A DNA stretch of 64,000 bases from Balanoglossus misakiensis (taxonomy: Eukaryota; Animalia; Hemichordata), in NCBI GenBank assembly GCA_040954595.2, contig CM082576.2, positions 5,182,760-5,246,759 on the forward strand, in the 5' to 3' direction. A program made the position numbers and the translations under genes. This document shows positions 1 to 11,900 of the stretch, piece after piece. The notes beneath the pieces are model-generated. The model had not been told where the DNA came from. It ran no database searches and saw only the letters and a list, made by a program, of their open reading frames with translations. Numbering within the stretch: position 1 is the first letter of the stretch; the number at the start of each line of letters is the position of its first letter.

Positions 1-177
1 TATGGTTTACGAAAAGTGAAAGATCATGTCCAGAACGTACAGGTACAATGTAAATTGCTATAACAAGACAGATGGAAGTTTATGGTTGCAGTGTTTTATA
101 TTCGTCAGTGGACAATAAAAGGATGTTTTATTAAAACATTTATTTTCATGAATTACTACTTAAAAGTAACGAGTTCT

Positions 178-201
178 TGTTGTTGTTGTTGTTGTTGTTG
201 T
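178..201. repeat. (TGT)8 microsatellite just upstream of a splice acceptor
   Basis: tgttgttgt... run directly visible; it produces the spurious poly-Cys ORF 82..300. Confidence 0.95.
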
Positions 202-223
202 CTTCTGTGGATTATAGGTGATC

Positions 224-3200
224 ATGGGATGTTCAAGCAGCATCAAGGAAGATGGAGATCAGTGTGGAGACGAGAGACGTGCTGCTTACAAACAATGTAA
301 CCACCACAACGAAATTGCTCTCAATCTGAACGAAGAGGATGACCTGAGCAGACGTGGCAATGAGAGTGACGTATCGCCATTAGTAAAGCCTCGAAAAAAG
401 TCAATGAGTGAGGAAGAATTCAGAGTAGTTCTTGATGCGACCAAAGAGAAATTTCAGAAAGAAATGAAAATCTTGAACGATACCGACGACTACAGCACTG
501 AAGCAGTGTCCCTGTCGCTACATAGGATATCCGCTTGCCTGTACGACATACACGAGAGAAACAGAAGACATTTTCTCGGTGACGAATTGGCGAACTTAGG
601 CTTTGCGGAACTCTTTGTGAAAATTTGGAGCTCCTTACACAGAGTGGACTTGTTCGCCAAAGAGAATGTCCAAGCGATGAGGTGTCTGAAGAAGCTGAAA
701 GTAATTGCGTGGAATTACAGTGATCTGTCGGGTGTCTTCGGAAAGGCCATGGGGTGCAGCGGTGCACTCAATCTATTACTGGCAGATTTAGCCAATCCGA
801 AGTTGGACGTGTCGAATCTGGGAAATAATGAAAGGCGATATTTAATCAAGGGGAGCATGGGCATACTGCATAATTGCGTACGAATGTGTCCAGACAATAG
901 GAACCTGTATCGGAAAGCGAACGCCGTGGAGCTGCTGGCCAAGTACCAGAACGCGTCATATCTCATAGTCAAGGTCAAAGCTTTGCTGTGTCTTGCGTAC
1001 GTTCTTGATGACGAAGAAAATGAACGCTTAAACGGCAGCTCAGGAAACATCAAATTTATCATCGGTTTACTGGATAGCGCTCTTAAAAGCCCGAGCCGCA
1101 CGTCGAAAAATTATCGTTTCTCGACAACCGAAGTTGTGAAGGGCTTGAATCATCTGGCCATCATCGATGCCAACAAGTTGCGGATGGTAGAGGACGGTGT
1201 GTTGCCGCTCTACGTTGCATTGTTGCAGCCAGAATGTACGGATCAAGAGCAACTGTTGACGGCCACCGGAATCTGGACTTTGGCGTTTGCTCCTGAAAAC
1301 AAAGAAAGAATCAGAGCAGAAGACGGCTGCATCGAAGGTATGTGATGAGATGCACCATCTAAAAAAATGAGAGAAAAAAATCTAAAGCTTACAGCGATAG
1401 CTGTATCAGCCAGAAATCCTGCAATATAATCCTTTCTCAGTGGTTTACCTCAGGTTGATAAACTGCGTGTTGCGTGATGCTTGTGGAAACAACGACTGAA
1501 AAATACGCAGCTGCATTTACCATCATCTCAGCTTTCCAGAAACATATATTTAGATTAAAGGGACTGCTTATACTCTAAATTTGTCAGAGAATACTTCATT
1601 TAAAAGGGGCTGTATCCTATTATGGTCTCTGCATTCATCAATTTGTTTGCAATACGGACCGTTTTATTTTCATTGCATCATTCTCTCTCTGTAGCTCTGA
1701 GATTGCTTGAACAGAAGACACACAGCGCTGAGTTGAAACACGCCTGTTGTGGTGCTCTCTGGGAACTGGAGCTGTGTGAAAGGAGAGAGCCGAGAGACTT
1801 AAATGAAGAAGACACGACTGCTATGAAGATTAGTGTCGGTTCTAAAGCGCACGTAATGATCAGTTATCAGCAGGACATGCAACGCAAAGTGATTAAACTG
1901 AGGGACACTCTCCGCGAAGACGGCTACAATGTTTGCATGTGTGCAGAGAGAATGGGTGAGTTTCATCGGCTAAACTATCTTCTGTATCAAATTAAATGAT
2001 GTTGTGGGGGGAATACGTGAGCAGCCTTCTTAAAAGGAGAGAGATAAAGAGCGTTTCGCGCTGCTCAATTACTAAGAGAGAGAAAATCCACAAGGAAAAG
2101 TAATCTATTTTGTGCAGATCGTTTACTTCAGGTACCGTAGATGCTGTATATAGGTATATACTCCTACACTACAGATAAGAGATGCCTACGTAACAGCTTG
2201 GGTGCATGGAATGTAAACCTCCAGAAATTGCTGAAATAAAAAAGAACATTTTGGAGAATGCAACTATTTAACTTCAGCTCTCTTAAAACTGGTGGAACTT
2301 CCTTGAATGTTCTGCAGCAAATGTGGAGGCTTTCATGAGATTTAAATAATTACAAATCTGTAAGGCTTAATTGACTGGCAGGTTCATTTCAGTAGGTGGG
2401 GGATAAAGCTGTGGTCACAAGTTCACGTGATTCTGGTGACACTGTTTTCCAGCCAAGAAAAGAAAATTTGGTCTTGCAAGCCCATTTTCCCTATTTTGAA
2501 ATTCTGTCACAAAAAGTAGTTTCAAGACCTTCCTGTGAAATTCACCTTTTATCAAAATTACCTGGAAGAGCATGACAGCCTGGGTATATGGTTTGTTTTG
2601 ACTTTAAGTAGGAATTCTTGGCAACTGATTAGATTATGGGAGTATATGTGTATATACCACAACAGTTCCTCACCCCTGCAGTTATAAGTTCAAGGGTTCG
2701 TGCCGAATACCCAATCCAAATCTTGACTAAACTAATGTAAGAATTCACCTAAGTGCCACAGTTTTCATCAGTTGCTTAAAATTCACAGGAATGAGCGGTT
2801 GCGTGTATACCGGTATATATATTTTAAAATTCATTCCTAGTCTTTGTAGAGTCACGTAGTGGTCCAGTGGAGGGGTAATAACAGTAGAGGCTAGTGTTTA
2901 TAAGGCCTCTTGGAGTGTTTCCAGCCAGACATCCAATCAGGGAAGTCTTTGATTTTCAGTTGGATTAGTAGAAGGTTGATCACTTGCGTATTGTTGCTGT
3001 GTGCGTCAATGAAGGCGAAGCAAAAGACGGCCAGGAAACACAAATACTCAACAAATTAAGCGTGGATTTTGAGTTGAGTGTAGTACGCGCATCACCTTAT
3101 ATGCAGAGATGCATCGTGGATTTTAATTTAGCGTGAAATTGCTGTCTGACTTCTTGGAAAACATCTGTTTTGATTTTCATTGGAGTTTGTGTACGCATTT

Positions 3201-6200
3201 TTGGTAACGTCGATGCAACCATCTCATCTGAAATAAATTCTGGTCTTAGTTTGTAATCGAGATTGGTTAAAAAAAAATTTTTTTCACTTCACAAATATGA
3301 AAAGTTGAAATGGCTGACGAGCTTCCATTTGTTTCACCATTGCACAGTTAGATAAATTCACTACTCTATAGTAAAGAACTAAAGAAGTAATTTTACTTCA
3401 TTTTCTAAAAGATTATTTGTTACAGTCTTGAATTCTACTCAAGGACCGGTATAATTGCTTTTTTTTCTCAATATGCAGTCAGTTCTGAAATCGGCATAGT
3501 TCACGTAGGACTTTACCGGTAATTGTGGTCAGGTGTGTGGGGGTTTACGTGGTCTCCAAAGAGCCCTTAAAAGGCCGTTCTGCATTTTACAGTAAAATTG
3601 CTGTAAACACTTGGATAGTCAATTTGTGACGCAGAAAAAAAAAATCACAGAGTACATGTATCTACATTTAGATGCAATAGGTGTACATGTATGTCCATGA
3701 TGATAAATCTTTGCAACTTGTCAACGAGCGTGTTTTATGATGTAACTTTTACGATGTGCTGTTATTCCAAGTCGTTGATGTTTTTCCAGTCAGCGAACAC
3801 ATATTTTCATTCATTCCGAGTGCTCGGGAATATTTTATTACTGTGGCAGGTGTCAAATAATGTTTCATTTTATTCCAGTCCACGTTTTCAATTTTAGTTT
3901 TATGTGTACAGTTCATAGGTAATATGATATTCGAAGAGTATAGGAATTAAACATAGCCATTTTGCAAAACTGTGTGCGTGAGCGAGTTTTGTGAAATAAA
4001 ATAATTTTGGTTTTATGTCTCAGTTAGTCAGTTCAGTTTATTGTGACATCATTATTTTTGCTGTTGCTTGAGTTCAGAAGTCATCTTGCCAATTCTCTTC
4101 AAATATATTGAAAAAAACTACAGAACAAAGCTGTCAAAAGTTTCACATATTTTCATTGCCAAATAATTTTGTTTTTCAGATGGTGATGTCATACAAGCAA
4201 TGGCTGATGCAGTGGAGAAGTCTAGTGTTGTGATCATTTGCATGTCGCAGAGATACAAAGACAGTCCAATGTGCAGAACAGGTCTGAGACGTAAATTTTG
4301 GATTTCCCTCTTTCCACTTTCAGAACTGTTGCAATGCTCCGCTTTTGTGAAAATGTGTTTGTAATTGTCTTCAATTGTGTGTGTTAGACATAGCCATTTG
4401 GCTACGGCTAGTTACCTCTCTTAGTGCTTTAAATATACTCCAGCGAATTTGCATATGACATTGGATTCCCCCCCATGAATTATAGCACGCATCGTGGTTG
4501 ACTACAAATTATTACGCTCGATATTTCTGATCTGTTAAGCTTCTCATCTCATTGCACATGTGGCCAGTTGTCGTTCACGACATAAAACATCTGAACTTTG
4601 GTGTTTATAAAGTATCGTTTTCGCCGCCGCATGTTTGTTGTCGTGCAGTTGGGATTTACTGAACCATCAATAAATCAAAGTCTGTTTTCGAAAATATCAC
4701 CCTTTCAGGCATTTACCTTCCTAGCAATTGTTTGCCATCTAGGCATCAAAGGAATACATCATGATGTGCCGTCGAGCACAAAGTTTTTTCTCGCCATCAC
4801 ATCAGTGACTGTGTTGTTTGTATGTATTTGAAATGCTTATCCCCATGGCAACAGCAGCACTCTGATAAAAGCACACCCATCATTTCATTGATACATTTTC
4901 ATCTTGAAGGTCACAAGTGATTTTAGCATGACATTGAAGCAGTTATCAAATTTAAACTACAATGATAATTTCAGTCGATCGTGTACCTAATTATAATCTT
5001 TTGAAGAATAATAAAAAATGATGAAAAAGAATATAAGCTATAGGTATCGCGATAAACCGCTGAAATATGAATCACCCAAGATGAATCTGGTATTTGAAGC
5101 TTTTTAGCAATTATGGAAGATGCTTTTGATTTGTCATAAAAATGGCTGTTTTTCTGTAAGATGCAAGTAATTTACAGGTGCCCATTATTTAGAGAGTCAC
5201 TACAGCTTTTCATCATTGCAAATCGCCTGAAAATTTAGCAAATGCATTTGAATAGGGTGTGGGGGAACAGATCACATCATTTTTGCTCGATGTTGGCAGA
5301 TTGCCATCGATCATCTTTCAAGTTCAGGATTTCTTTGCAGTCATAGAAAAGAAAGCTAGAACTGGATTTTTTTTTTGAAAAGTGATATGCTTGCAATGAA
5401 ACTCATCGATAGAGTGTCTTCATGCATCGTCTTCTCCCCCTGCTCTCTCTGCTAGCCGCGCTCACTGCTAGCCGCACTCATTTTCACTCGAGTGAATTCT
5501 CTCCAATTGCCTACAGGCTCGGAAAATAACTCATGCATGACATAGTTCTCTGTGCACCTGAGGAGATCCTGTGAACTTCAATATCTTCTCACTTCTCTGC
5601 ATTAAAGTGTCGCTGTTTGAAGTTAGCGCATATTTTATCACTGCGTTGGTGGGTGATTGGTGCAATTCTGCTTCAGCCTTGATTTACAAAATGTGCGATT
5701 GTCACACTCTGAGAAGCACAGTGTGGCCATTTACCCCATCAATTTAAATAATCCGCACCTTTGTTCTAGAGCCTCAGTGCATTCTGTTTTTAAGAGTTGT
5801 TTTTGTTGTTGCCATGGTTACAAGAGATGGCGATGGATAAGGATGATAAGGGATGAGGAGGACGCTATCAGCAATAAACGATTCACAGAGTTTAACAGCT
5901 CTGATCAGTTCTTCATCACCTGTTTTTCAGAAGCGACGTACAGTTTGAAATTGCAGAAGCCGATTGTGGCTGTGGTGATGGAATCAGACTTCGTCATTGA
6001 CGGGTGGCTGGCAACACTACTTGGCACAACCCCGTATTTTGATTTCCATGGCGATGATCACTTGGTCACGGAGATGCCGAAAATCCAAGAGAAATTAAAG
6101 CAGTCCGGAGCACTTCCAGATGACAAAGGTGAAGCTGCTGAATGACTTCATCAATGTGAGAAAATATCAAATTTTCCTCCTTTTTTCCCCTTTATTTTGC

Positions 6201-6769
6201 ACCTTGTATTCTACATACTTAGTAGTCACAAGAGGTTCTACTGTACGCGTGGAAGTGGATCGCCGATTTCCATTGACAATTTGCTTTGAGAGGTCATGTT
6301 TGTGTAATGTGGCAATTCCTGTAATGCCGGTATTGTTGGCAGGAAGTTCAATCCAGTTTCATTCACCCTGCTGCTGTATAATGGCGTCCTTTAAAGAGAC
6401 TCTTAATGGATTTGCTGGCTGGCTATACTTCCTGCACTGCGCTGACAATTCACTTTCGTCTTTCTTTTCTCCCGAACCGAAGCTTCACTAGCCGATGATA
6501 ACAGGCACCGGCCAGCTCAGAAAGAAAGGAAGTTGGTCGTCACAAGCTGGTCGACTCATGAGGTACAGCAGTGGCTGTACGACAACGGCCTGCAAGAAGT
6601 GAGTGAAAAATTTGCCGTCTGCGACGGTGAAATGCTGATACAGATGAAGAACTTGTCGCAGCAAGCCCCGGAATTTTTCTACAGCTTGCTGAAGACTGAC
6701 GCCGGACTCCAAGATTTGTTCTCCATTTTGAAATTTAGCAAAGCATTAGATAGTCTTGTTATTATGTGA
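224..6769 (+). CDS. ARM-repeat / TIR / SAM domain protein, ~650 aa, N-terminal MGCSSS lipidation motif
   Basis: Coding exons 224-1337, 1695-1955, 4180-4281, 5931-6128, 6492-6769 (alternative in-frame acceptor 6483); all GT-AG, all phase 1, total 1953 nt. ARM-like helices (GILHNC, VKGLNHLAIIDANK, ATGIWTLAF, ACCGALWEL); TIR_2-like motifs HVMISYQ, AMADAVEKSSVVIICMSQRYKDSPMCRTEATY, KPIVAV, GWLATLLG; SAM-like WSTHEVQQWL...DGEMLIQM. Acceptor tag|gtgatcATG at 217 implies an upstream non-coding exon. Confidence 0.88.
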
Positions 6770-8406
6770 TTGTTTCAAAATATTTATTTGGTGCTATTGC
6801 TGATTTATGGTGATTGTCAGCAAAATTTGAGCTACACTGGGAAAGTATTTTTTTAACACATGCAGATGATCTTGAATAGGTCATTCAGTGTAGTAAACAT
6901 GTGGCTGGGTCCACATCACTTTTAACAGCCCGGTTGTGGTATTTACGGTAATACATACAATAAGTAAGAATAATCTTTCCTGAAAGGTCATGCATACATA
7001 GAAATACGTCATAACACATGGATGTCTCGTCAAATCTTCTTGCAAAATATACGAGCATATTGATTTGGCTCACGAAATCGAGGATTCATTAGTCGACTCG
7101 ATCGCGACTGGGGGTTTACACTGAGGGTTTGGCAGCTGGCTGCACGTGTGCACAGACGCGACCTTTTCAAACTGGGGACTGATGCTTTGCTTTGACATAT
7201 CATGCTAGCTAATCCGTCTCGGTGGAGTTGGCGTTTCCGTGCAAAGCCCTAATTTGCTGCGAAACATCGCACGGCCCACCGTGCCCCGCAGGTCCAATCG
7301 TGACGGCGCGCGGGGATCCGACGTTTCAGACGCGGCCTCTTGGTGATTTGCGATTGTAAAATGAAATCACCGGTAATCCTGGCGGAATCAGAACAAATCA
7401 CTCACAGGACTGCCCATTAAACTGCCCAACAACACTGCAGATCTACTAAACACGGTTTACTCTTTTTCCCCCCCTGGGCAATGTTTTGGCCGCCAGACAT
7501 CATCATTATAAACTCCAGGTCTCACGACCTGATTTGTTAGCGATTTTTTTTGTCAAAACTGCAAGTACACCTTTGCTTCAATATAAGAAGTACGTTACAA
7601 GCAATCAAGACTCGACAAATATTTTTGAGGTTTTCAGTTTTCTAAAATCTGATGGAGATGTAAAACTTCTTCCAATTGTCAGAATCTATTTTGTATATTA
7701 CATAACAGATGCAGACATATGAACTCTCTTATTTGAGAATTTTTTAGTAATACTGAAAACCAAATCTCATCTATGAATCATTGTTGTAAGGGCAATATTC
7801 AATGATAAGGTCACTAATAATGTAGATTTAATCTCTTCAGTCTTTGTTAAAACCAAAATTCTGTGATATATCTGCAAACTAGTGAATATATTCTATCATA
7901 TATCATCTATTCTGTGATTCAAGAAATGAAAAAAAAAATTCTTCCACACAGTATTACGGGACTAGTACTGTATTCTTGACTAAAGGAGGTTATATATATT
8001 TTGAAATATCTTTAAATATTTCTTGCGTGTCTCCACACTTATGACTATATTTTTAAAATTTAAAAAGCAGCTAAAAAAATAGTTTTCACTGTACAATGGT
8101 ATTTGTCTTCACAGTGTTTGCAGCAGCATACATGTGGTGATATTTTAGCAGAGAAAATTCTCGTTTAAATGCCTATTAGTCTTGTAAAAACGTTTTATGT
8201 CAATATCATTTTACCAGATTTACAAATATTGAGCTCTTTGTTGAGCAAATATCAGCAAGCCTTTGTGAATTCCAGTATTGCACTGCTGCATCAAAATCTT
8301 TGGATGTGTCATACTTTATTAACACATCGATAGGTGACACTGCTGAAACTACCCACCCACTGTACTTATAATGCATATATCATTATATATTGTTATGTCT
8401 GATAAT

Positions 8407-8457
8407 AATAAATATCATCACTCATGAAAAAGACGTTTTTTTCATGCCAACTTTATT
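8407..8457. terminator. Candidate bidirectional polyadenylation site between ARM-TIR-SAM (+) and DRC7 (-)
   Basis: AATAAA at 8407-8412 (+), TTTATT at 8452-8457 (AATAAA on -), with inverted repeat CATGAAAAA...TTTTTCATG (8423-8446) between them. Confidence 0.5.
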
Positions 8458-8941
8458 TAAACAAATTCAAGTCAGGAAGCATATACATATACACATAATT
8501 AAGTGCAAAATGCCTTAACAGACTTAGGCATCTGTTTGTTTATTTATTACACAAATATATTTAGGAAGATGCGCTGAAATTTACATAAACCACCAAAAAT
8601 ACATTCAATTTGTTGCACACCTCATGGAATTTGTTTGATAAATGATGTTGGGAATAAAAACTGAACATGAATTAAAAGTATGTACAATATTATTTTGAGT
8701 ATTCTACATTTCTGTAGGGACGGCAATCCAGAAATCCCTTTTGCTGTCAATGCTTTCTGCTCAAAATTTCTGCAAAAAAATTCCATTCCATTGTTGGTTC
8801 ATTCACCGTGAGTAGAGAAATCAACTTTTTTGTCCAGACTGCACATTTGAGACTACAAATACAAGAATATTTGTACACAATCTTTAGTCGCCGACATTGG
8901 CAGCAGAAGGAACTCGTCTAGTCAGTATATAAATCTCCCGT

Positions 8942-11900
8942 TCAAAAATATTCCGAAAGTCTCTGGTCTGTCCTGACCTTTTGTTCCAAGGCCATATATT
9001 TGAGCGGCGCAGTCTCCTTGTGCCTGTGATGCAGAGAAAAAGAAGGAAATTTGAGAGTAAATAGTAATGCTGTAATTATAGAGAGGTATCCATTAGGAAT
9101 AAAAAATCGGGCTGATTTGGGTTTAAGAGGATTTTAACTAGAAAAGCCTATATTGTTCAAAATTCTATTACGTTTGTAAATAGTGCATGGGGATTCCTAT
9201 CCAGATGTAGCTCAGACCACTGTTATTGAACTCTGTATTTTTTTCTGAGAATAATGTTTTCTAATTCTTGGATAATATTCTCCCATGTGATTTGGCCAAA
9301 TCTGAAGCCAAATCTCTATCAGAGAGAGAGAGAGAGCGGCTTGAGATCTAACAACTACACCCTACCCATTCAACCGCACAAACCAAGGATTATGACTGTA
9401 ATCAAAGCGCTATTATGTTTCTTTGGGTTTGCAATTTGTCCATAATTCCAATTTGTAATGTTTAATTGACTTGTTTTTGTGTAGTTTCAATTTTGATTTA
9501 ACGAGGCTTATATCTTTTTTTTTTTACTCGCAAAGCAAAGTACGGTTGTCATTACCTGTTGAGTCGGAGTTCTAGAATGTGTATTCGGAACATGGCTTCA
9601 CTGCAGTAATTCAGATACTCTTCTTCATCCTCTTTGTTCATTGAGACTTGGTTCTGTTGATACCACTGTTGTTTCCTCTGCAGCTCAGTGGTCTCCTGTT
9701 GTGACGGGGAAAAAATGACAGATTTCACAAACGGAATGTCAGAAAAAAATTCCCAAAATAGAAAGAGGTTACATGATATGCCCTCAAAGCTAAACTGACA
9801 GACCTTTAAGTAAATCTACATGTAGCCATTTTGTGAGTTATAATTACGATTGTGGCTTTCAATTAACACTGCACAGCACCTTCATGCAATTACTTGATCA
9901 GGATAGGGGCTGAGTTTGCTGTGTGTTGGAGAATACACCCCACAATTTCTCCTTTACTTTCCCATGATGTTTATGATTCATAGAAGGATTTGACAATACG
10001 CTGACAGTGTGTGTTACCATGGCAACACTCGCCCAATTTTACCCATCGTTCACCTAAGTAAGACTGTTATGAAAAGCATATTTTTTTCCATTCGCTCTGT
10101 TTTCATTTTCCCTAATGACCATTAAAATGACACCTACATACGGTCAAGATAATCACTACATAATACAAATGACACTCCATTGTTATTCTTGTTCTGTAAT
10201 ATGTCATTTTCTAGGCAAAAATGATTTCATTATCAGATTTACCATACAAATTTTGACCAGGTTTATGAAAACCTACTTTTTATATGAATACCCCCGGGTA
10301 CCTTCTGGGAAATTAATTTCTATTTTTCGAGAAGCAATTGCCACATTGCCATTTCACGAGAACCTTTTGGGAAATTATGAGCATCTTAGTACTATCTTCA
10401 ATCAGAATCTTTTCCCCGACTCGCATGGTGAAGAAACAGCAGGTTTCTCCCCACACAGGCATTGCGACAGAAAATCACAGAGATTAAATAGCGATTAGGG
10501 ATGTATTAAAGTTTGGAAGCCGGCCACAACTCTTAAGACATTTGATTGCTGTTGATTTCCTGCAGAAATTTCAATCAACTTGAATCTGTCAAACTAAAAT
10601 GGCACCCATCAATCTCACCAGAATTATGACTTTGGGAGCAGAGTCGACTGGAAGAAGCAGACGAGAAAAGATAAAAGGGCAGCCGTCAAATTGAAGAAAT
10701 TCATCTACGGGGCAGTCGTGATGCAAGACTGATGAAAATGACAAAATCGCTCACAGAGACTATTCATCAGTTGGATGTCAGCCAGCTGTTCAAGTCTTAG
10801 ACAGATTATGTGATTTTTTTTCTCCATGCTTCCCCAATAATCGGGTCTCAGTAGTTCACTAACCTTTTCAAATCTTGCCTGGATGAGATTTGCCTTGTCA
10901 ATTAGCCGGTGTTTGAGGTCGGCCAGGCAATCTTCCTTCAGCGAGAAAGCCTGTGCCTTGGATATCTTCTCCGGGTCTCCAATCTGGGCCAGGAACGGAG
11001 CCAGATAATCCAGCTCCATTTCTTCCCGCCTCATTTTCTCCTCCAGTTGCAGACGCTCCAGTTCCTTCCGGTGCTGTTTGGCTTTCTCGTTCCTCTCGGT
11101 GTCGTAGACCGAGATCGATAGTTCCGACACGGTCTCCTCGTGCATGCGGTCATTCAGGATTTCCCGGACCTGTCAAAAGACGGAATGGTTTTTTCTCTTC
11201 AGAAAACCGAGAAATCACGCACTTACACATTTCCCTGTCATCTCTACTGTGACACACTATTTCCTGTTTTTAACAATTAGTCAACTCAAAATCATGGATA
11301 TATACCAAAAGGGAAAGACAGCAGAAACACTGACAAAAGCCTGCATACATTCTATCAGGTGTGGTTTATGAATCTAGACCACAACTGCTGCAATTAGAAT
11401 AGATGCTGCATACATGCTGTACGTGTGTGATAGCTGTACATGTGAACGGATTAATGAGTATCATTAGCTTCATAATGTACAGCCTTCACGCTATTAACCA
11501 CACCTTAATGGGTGAATGGAAAATCTGAATGAATGAGATGTATTTAATATTTTCCACACGTGTGGTTTTCGGCGCATCTTCCAGGAACAATACCGGAAAA
11601 CAGCAGGTTTATTTTCACATGGGCCTGGCGCGCTGTTCCTTCATGAAATTTATCATATGACAAGGACAAAAGATTTAGTGTAAGTATATCGCCTAGAGCT
11701 GAAAATTTGTGGCGACTATTAAAGATCTTGGCAGGTGGCACTTGAGAGGCGAGTGTTTTGAAGTTCCGTGTAGCTATTAAATGCGGTGTGAGTATCTAAC
11801 ATTACTGGCTTCAACGCCCCTGCGGCTGCCAGCGTTAATATTTCAAGGTGGAGTGTGAACTGCCAACCATGTGAATATCAAATAGGCATGGGAACCCAGA

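Noticed and set aside
82-300. ORF with a run of Cys
   Set aside because: Translation of the (TGT)8 microsatellite in intronic DNA, overlapping the real gene out of frame.
2664-2880. Possible MITE with ends TCACCCCTGCAG / GTGGAGGGGTAA in TIR-gene intron 2
   Set aside because: Only about 9 of 12 positions match and no target-site duplication is visible.
224-6769. Calling the gene SARM1
   Set aside because: Domain order is ARM-TIR-SAM with one SAM, and the TIR lacks SARM1 signatures such as DVFISYRR and WVHKE.
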